A DNA stretch of 20,000 nucleotides from an uncultured virus (IMG/VR IMGVR_UViG_3300020305_000266) (lineage: Duplodnaviria > Heunggongvirae > Uroviricota > Caudoviricetes), in the IMG/VR virus record IMGVR_UViG_3300020305_000266; one strand, written 5' to 3'. Positions 15,948 through 20,000 of this stretch are shown one piece after another; position 1 is the first letter of the stretch, and each line of letters starts with the position of its first letter. Both the position numbers and the translations under genes were made by a program. The notes under the pieces are model-generated. The model saw only the letters and a list, made by a program, of their open reading frames with translations, was not told the DNA's origin and did no database searches.

Positions 15948-18037
15948 TAGCCGCCAACTCCTGAGTAAATTATATATTTGACTGTCAAGAAAGGATTCAG
16001 TACATTAAACGGTGTACCTAATTCTGTAATATCAAATGTTTCAAATTGTTCCAATCCAGTATTTTGATTGTATGTTATATTTCTTCTATTCAACAATCCT
16101 CCTGAAGAAGTTCTAGCTTGACCTGCCTGGTTACCAGTTGGCGCATCATATATAATTGTATCCGCATCCTGTGGTGTACCACTGTCATCTAGTATGACAT
16201 AAAATTGTGCGCCTTTAGGCGATCTTAAATCGTGTTCGTGTTCAGGTAAGTTTTTAACATCAATGGATCTACTTTCAACTCCAGATGCTAATCCAACTGT
16301 ATCAGCATTTACGTCTGTAACTCTATTAGCACTTGTTCCTCCAAGGTTGTCAGCACCTAATGGAAATCTACCTCTAAAGTCTGGTAATCCAAAAAATCCA
16401 GAAGCAACTTGGCTTTGATCTTTAAATTGAAATTGTACAGCGTTGTATAATGATAGATAATCTGCTATTCTTTTTTCACTTCCATCACATAGTAACCAAC
16501 CTGCTGGAAGATTAACTCCTCCAAACGGCACTATTGTTCCTACAGGAATAACTGGAACACTACTTACTAAAGCACTTTGTGATATCTTAAATACTCCTGT
16601 GCTATCCCCAGACACTCTGTTTATTATTACTTCATCATCTTGTCTAGGTGCTGTAGCTAAAGTTTTGTTTGCTATAAATGTATTACTAATAGCTGTTGTA
16701 AATACTTTAGTTGTTCCGCCAGTACTACCGTCAAATGTAATTTGATTTGAACTAACATCTCCAGATAATTGGAAAGTTGATGCTGTAGTTAATTTATTAG
16801 CGTTTGCTGATCCACCTGTAACTGTACCTGTTACGTTACCAACAATATCTCCTCTAAATTGAACAGCATGTACTGTTTGCCATCTTTTGTCTGATGCTCC
16901 TAAATTATATGTTTGCGTAGCACTAGGTTCTATTGTTCCTGCTGTAGTTGTTCCTGCTATATTAACATTATTTCCTACCCAAAGTTTTTTAGCAATTCCT
17001 ACGCCACCTGAAATTTTTACTGACCCTGTTCCAATACTTGTACTATCAGTAGTACCCTGAATGATTAAATTATTACTAGCTTGTATAGAACCACTAACAT
17101 CTAATGCTTCTGCTGGAGTAATTGTGTTAATACCTACTTTTTCAGTTGAGTCTATTCTTAATACGTTTTTCTGTAGACCGTCATCGTTTTTAATTTTAAA
17201 ATCTAATGGAGCACCCTGTGTTTGGTTTACCATCTGTCCTGTACCGTTACTTACAGCTATATCGATAGTATTAGTTACTCCGATTCTTAAACCTTTATCA
17301 TTACTAATTATTAATTGTTCATTAGTAGTACTTGTTACATCACTTCTTAAAAATTTACTTGCCGCAACAGGTAGTTCATTAGCAGATACAACTAAATTTT
17401 CTGCTTTTTCACTTGTACCGTAAAACTTGCCTATTCCTGCTCCTGATATATTAGCAGTTGATAAATTTAATCCAGGTTGAATAATTGAAAATCCTACAAT
17501 AGTACTTTTAGGAGAAAATGATCTAGTTGAATAAATTGCTATAGGATTACCTTGAACTTCAATTTGTAGAACAGTATAATTAACTTCGTCTTTACCAGTA
17601 ACAGTCGTAGGCTTTGCTCCTGTTAGCAAACCGTCACTATACTCTGGTCCTACTAGTGTCCAAGCACTTCCTGTAAAAATATATAATTGATTGTTATCTG
17701 TGTCAGCCCATAAGTCTCCTGTAAGTGATGTAGATACAGATGGAGAATTATTACCTTTTTTAAGTCCGCCGGCGTTCACCCATGATGTTCCGTCATAAAG
17801 TTTTAACGAATTGACGCCTGTTGTCGTATCGTACCAAAGTTGACCTTGTATAGGATTTCTTGGTGCTGTTGTATTAGAAAAGTTTTCAAGTATCTTTAAA
17901 AAACTTTCGGCGATGACTGAACCGTAACTTGTTGTATTTCTACCGGGAATGTCCAAACTAGTCGTTTGGTTGATTGTACTATCCTCGATAGATATAGTAC
18001 CTTTGTTAGTGTCCGAATAATTAATTGAGTATGCCAT
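15947..18037 (-). CDS. Short-tail-fibre-like protein with phage tail collar domain
   Basis: Same N-terminal module. Collar motif IPVGTIVPFGG..PAGWLLCDG....Y..LY....F.LPDFRGRFPLG, then LPEHEH (HxH) and terminal NVLNPFLTVKYII. Confidence 0.88.
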   Translation of the reverse strand: MAYSINYSDTNKGTISIEDSTINQTTSLDIPGRNTTSYGSVIAESFLKILENFSNTTAPRNPIQGQLWYDTTTGVNSLKLYDGTSWVNAGGLKKGNNSPSVSTSLTGDLWADTDNNQLYIFTGSAWTLVGPEYSDGLLTGAKPTTVTGKDEVNYTVLQIEVQGNPIAIYSTRSFSPKSTIVGFSIIQPGLNLSTANISGAGIGKFYGTSEKAENLVVSANELPVAASKFLRSDVTSTTNEQLIISNDKGLRIGVTNTIDIAVSNGTGQMVNQTQGAPLDFKIKNDDGLQKNVLRIDSTEKVGINTITPAEALDVSGSIQASNNLIIQGTTDSTSIGTGSVKISGGVGIAKKLWVGNNVNIAGTTTAGTIEPSATQTYNLGASDKRWQTVHAVQFRGDIVGNVTGTVTGGSANANKLTTASTFQLSGDVSSNQITFDGSTGGTTKVFTTAISNTFIANKTLATAPRQDDEVIINRVSGDSTGVFKISQSALVSSVPVIPVGTIVPFGGVNLPAGWLLCDGSEKRIADYLSLYNAVQFQFKDQSQVASGFFGLPDFRGRFPLGADNLGGTSANRVTDVNADTVGLASGVESRSIDVKNLPEHEHDLRSPKGAQFYVILDDSGTPQDADTIIYDAPTGNQAGQARTSSGGLLNRRNITYNQNTGLEQFETFDITELGTPFNVLNPFLTVKYIIYSGVGG

Positions 18038-18648
18038 TATTCATTAAATCCTGTCAAGCTCTGTACTCTGACTGTGTAGTCAATTTGTACTAATCTATTT
18101 AAACTTTTTTGTACTGGGTGGAAGACCACATGCGTAAGTAATCTACCTGTTCCTGATGCGTTGTAACTGACCAGTCCTAGTTCGTCAAATACATACAAAC
18201 TATTACTATTCGTAGCATTATCAACAGCATCTTGTCCTGTTGGTTCACCATAGTCAAGTAAACATGTAACTAATATGTCTGTGTAGTTTGTTCCGCTAAC
18301 ATGTCTTGATTCTATCTTGTTTCTAGCAGGATCAGTGTTATTAACACTTCTATCATCTACTACTTTAACAAAAGTTTGATTATAAAGACTAGCATTTGTA
18401 CCTGTGGAATTTGGTGTAAGGTATGTAATTATACCTGTTGGGTCAATGCTTGTACCACCATTTCCAAATGCCATCTGATATATGAACCCTTCGCCTGCGT
18501 TTCCTAAACTTTCAGCTAATGAAATACTCATATTCTCATAATGGATAGCATTACGCTTATCAACAATAATCTCACCATTTGTTGGGTCAAATATCTTGAT
18601 ATGCCCTTGTAAAAGCACCCCGTTATTTTCTTTAAAATTGTCTATCAT
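18037..18648 (-). CDS. Conserved phage baseplate/tail protein
   Basis: 203 aa with GHIKIFD..GEIIVDKRNAI, MAFGNGG, FDELGL and THVVFHPVQKSLNR.VQIDYTVR; coupled to the fibre gene by a TAATG overlap. Confidence 0.7.
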   Translation of the reverse strand: MIDNFKENNGVLLQGHIKIFDPTNGEIIVDKRNAIHYENMSISLAESLGNAGEGFIYQMAFGNGGTSIDPTGIITYLTPNSTGTNASLYNQTFVKVVDDRSVNNTDPARNKIESRHVSGTNYTDILVTCLLDYGEPTGQDAVDNATNSNSLYVFDELGLVSYNASGTGRLLTHVVFHPVQKSLNRLVQIDYTVRVQSLTGFNE

Positions 18649-18666
18649 ATCACTTTCCTACAACTG

Positions 18667-18674
18667 TATTTATT
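18667..18674 (-). promoter_or_regulatory. T4-late-like promoter (AATAAATA)
   Basis: Overlaps the upstream stop codon, 18 nt before ATG 18648, followed by TAGGA SD. Confidence 0.5.
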
Positions 18675-20000
18675 TTGGTAGCTCCACCTTTTCCGCCTTA
18701 AAGAAACGTGCTACCAAACTTTCCGCATCATTAAGTGAAATTCCTGGATCTGTCCAGCGTTTTCCTTGCTTACGTATTACCTGTATTTTAGCGTTGTTAG
18801 TAGGTATATTAGTAAGTGTTAAAACATTACTTGATCCAGTTACTGAAAATTCTGCTGGTGATATAACATCTGCTTCTGGAGAGTCTTGATCCTTTGTAGC
18901 ATCAAAAACGCTTATTGCGTTCTTTCTTAGACGCTTACCAGCAACAAATACCTCAAATTCATTAGCAGAGTTAGGTGTAAACCCTAAAATAAATGTGCTT
19001 GTGGATCCGTCTCCAGTAAAGTTTTCAGTAATAGTTGAATCGGCATACGGTGCTGTTTGCTGTAAATTAGCATTATACACATCACTGCCTGTATTATGTA
19101 TCGTTGGCACTCCTGTACCTAGTGTTCCTCTTTGTAATTGTTTTAAAACATTACCAGTTTTGACCAAATAAGTAATTCTTTCACCATTTATAAAAATTAT
19201 TCCTGGTATGCTACTTGTTTTGTCAGGAGCACTTAAATTAATTGTGTTATCTAAATGTATTTCTTTATCTGTAATTAATAATGGCTTTATTAGTTTTATA
19301 GAAGATATATCTCCTAGCCTTTTATAAATGTTCCTATTCAATATGTCCTTAAATTGGCTAAATCCAAATTTAGGCTGTTGAGGACCGTCACTGCTAAAGT
19401 GTATCAACTCTATAACATCATTATCAGCAAAAGAACCATTATATTTAACAAACAGTTTATCATCAGTCAACTTATAATCTACGCTAGGAGTTTTTAACAC
19501 TCCGTTAACTGTCAACCAAACAAATTGAGCATCTACGGCTAATTTTCTTAATTTTACCAATCCAGCTCGTAAATGATTGTATTCTATATGGTCTGTTGAT
19601 CCTACCGACAACGTTGATCTAGAAACTACATCGTAATTAATTCTTTCAAAATCTAAAGAGTCATGTTTGTTAAATGTATATACTGTAATCTTCTCATCAA
19701 TAGCAGGTGCTGTTGTAAACTGTAAATCTGCACCACTGTCTACCCAAGTATTTTGATTATTAATAACCTGTATACTTCCAAATGCATATTCACCATCAGT
19801 TCTAATATAAACTTCTAATGTATCTCCAGATGAACCTATACCTGGTTCTAGTATCACAGAACTATTAGCAGGTCTAATATTGTATTCAGTTGCAATAGTT
19901 AATTCTTTACCATTAAGTAAAACTAATACATCGGAGTTATCAAAACTTCCAATAGGTCTTTGCCATATCTCTAAGAAGTATTCTGATACTCCTGTACTAA
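18670..20000 (-). CDS. C-terminal part of a large baseplate-wedge-like structural protein; 5' end lies beyond the window
   Basis: Frame stays open past the GTG at 19857 to the window edge (STGVSEYFLEIWQRPIG...). Repeated beta-rich units V.V.(L/V)NG....(D/E)Y....L.F...P.....I.V and FTGDGSTSTF; also IFINGERITY...LQRGTLGT. Confidence 0.72.
   Translation of the reverse strand, partial: STGVSEYFLEIWQRPIGSFDNSDVLVLLNGKELTIATEYNIRPANSSVILEPGIGSSGDTLEVYIRTDGEYAFGSIQVINNQNTWVDSGADLQFTTAPAIDEKITVYTFNKHDSLDFERINYDVVSRSTLSVGSTDHIEYNHLRAGLVKLRKLAVDAQFVWLTVNGVLKTPSVDYKLTDDKLFVKYNGSFADNDVIELIHFSSDGPQQPKFGFSQFKDILNRNIYKRLGDISSIKLIKPLLITDKEIHLDNTINLSAPDKTSSIPGIIFINGERITYLVKTGNVLKQLQRGTLGTGVPTIHNTGSDVYNANLQQTAPYADSTITENFTGDGSTSTFILGFTPNSANEFEVFVAGKRLRKNAISVFDATKDQDSPEADVISPAEFSVTGSSNVLTLTNIPTNNAKIQVIRKQGKRWTDPGISLNDAESLVARFFKAEKVELPK

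Noticed and set aside
11674..18037. Diversity-generating retroelement or invertible fibre cassette
   Set aside because: No reverse transcriptase or recombinase, and I saw no near-identical template/variable repeats or inverted crossover sites. A self dot-plot would be the formal test.
11684..18889. Plus-strand ORFs opposite the tail genes (e.g. 12570-12920, 14653-15063, 17061-17423, 18596-18889)
   Set aside because: Pro/Val/Leu-rich antisense shadows expected from Gly/Thr/Asn-rich codons on the coding strand.
19855..19857. GTG as the start of the last ORF
   Set aside because: The frame is open to position 20000 and the upstream residues continue the same repeat pattern.
1..20000. Alternative genetic code (stop-codon reassignment as in some large phages)
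   Set aside because: Genes are full-length and tightly packed under the standard code, and TAA, TGA and TAG all end genes at sensible domain boundaries.
1..20000. tRNA, rRNA, CRISPR array, intron/intein or strong intrinsic terminator
   Set aside because: The largest non-coding gap is only 70 nt, and I found no repeat-spacer pattern, interrupted gene or GC-rich stem with a U-tract by eye.

Overview
AT-rich, gene-dense segment that most likely comes from a large (jumbo) T4-related myovirus, using the standard genetic code. The right part (11.3-20 kb, minus strand) is a baseplate/tail module. It contains the C-terminus of a large repeat-rich baseplate-type protein, a conserved 203-aa tail protein, three paralogous fibre proteins sharing a long N-terminal module (one ends in a tail-collar domain, one in a peptidase-G2-type autocleaving chaperone), a 304-aa structural protein and a probable fibre chaperone. 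Without changing strand, this runs straight into a translationally coupled block of four glycosyltransferase-like genes and an N-terminal-twitch radical SAM gene. That block converges on a plus-strand cassette: nitroreductase-like protein, GT-B-like protein, DegT aminotransferase, radical SAM, NodU/TobZ carbamoyltransferase and methyltransferase-like protein, interrupted by an inverted SGNH hydrolase. T4-late-like TAAATA motifs precede both structural and enzyme genes. The main hypothesis is a phage-encoded, late-expressed pathway that builds a decorated amino-sugar glycan and attaches it to the virion. Host-surface or DNA modification are the alternatives. All family calls come from motif recognition by eye; no searches were run.
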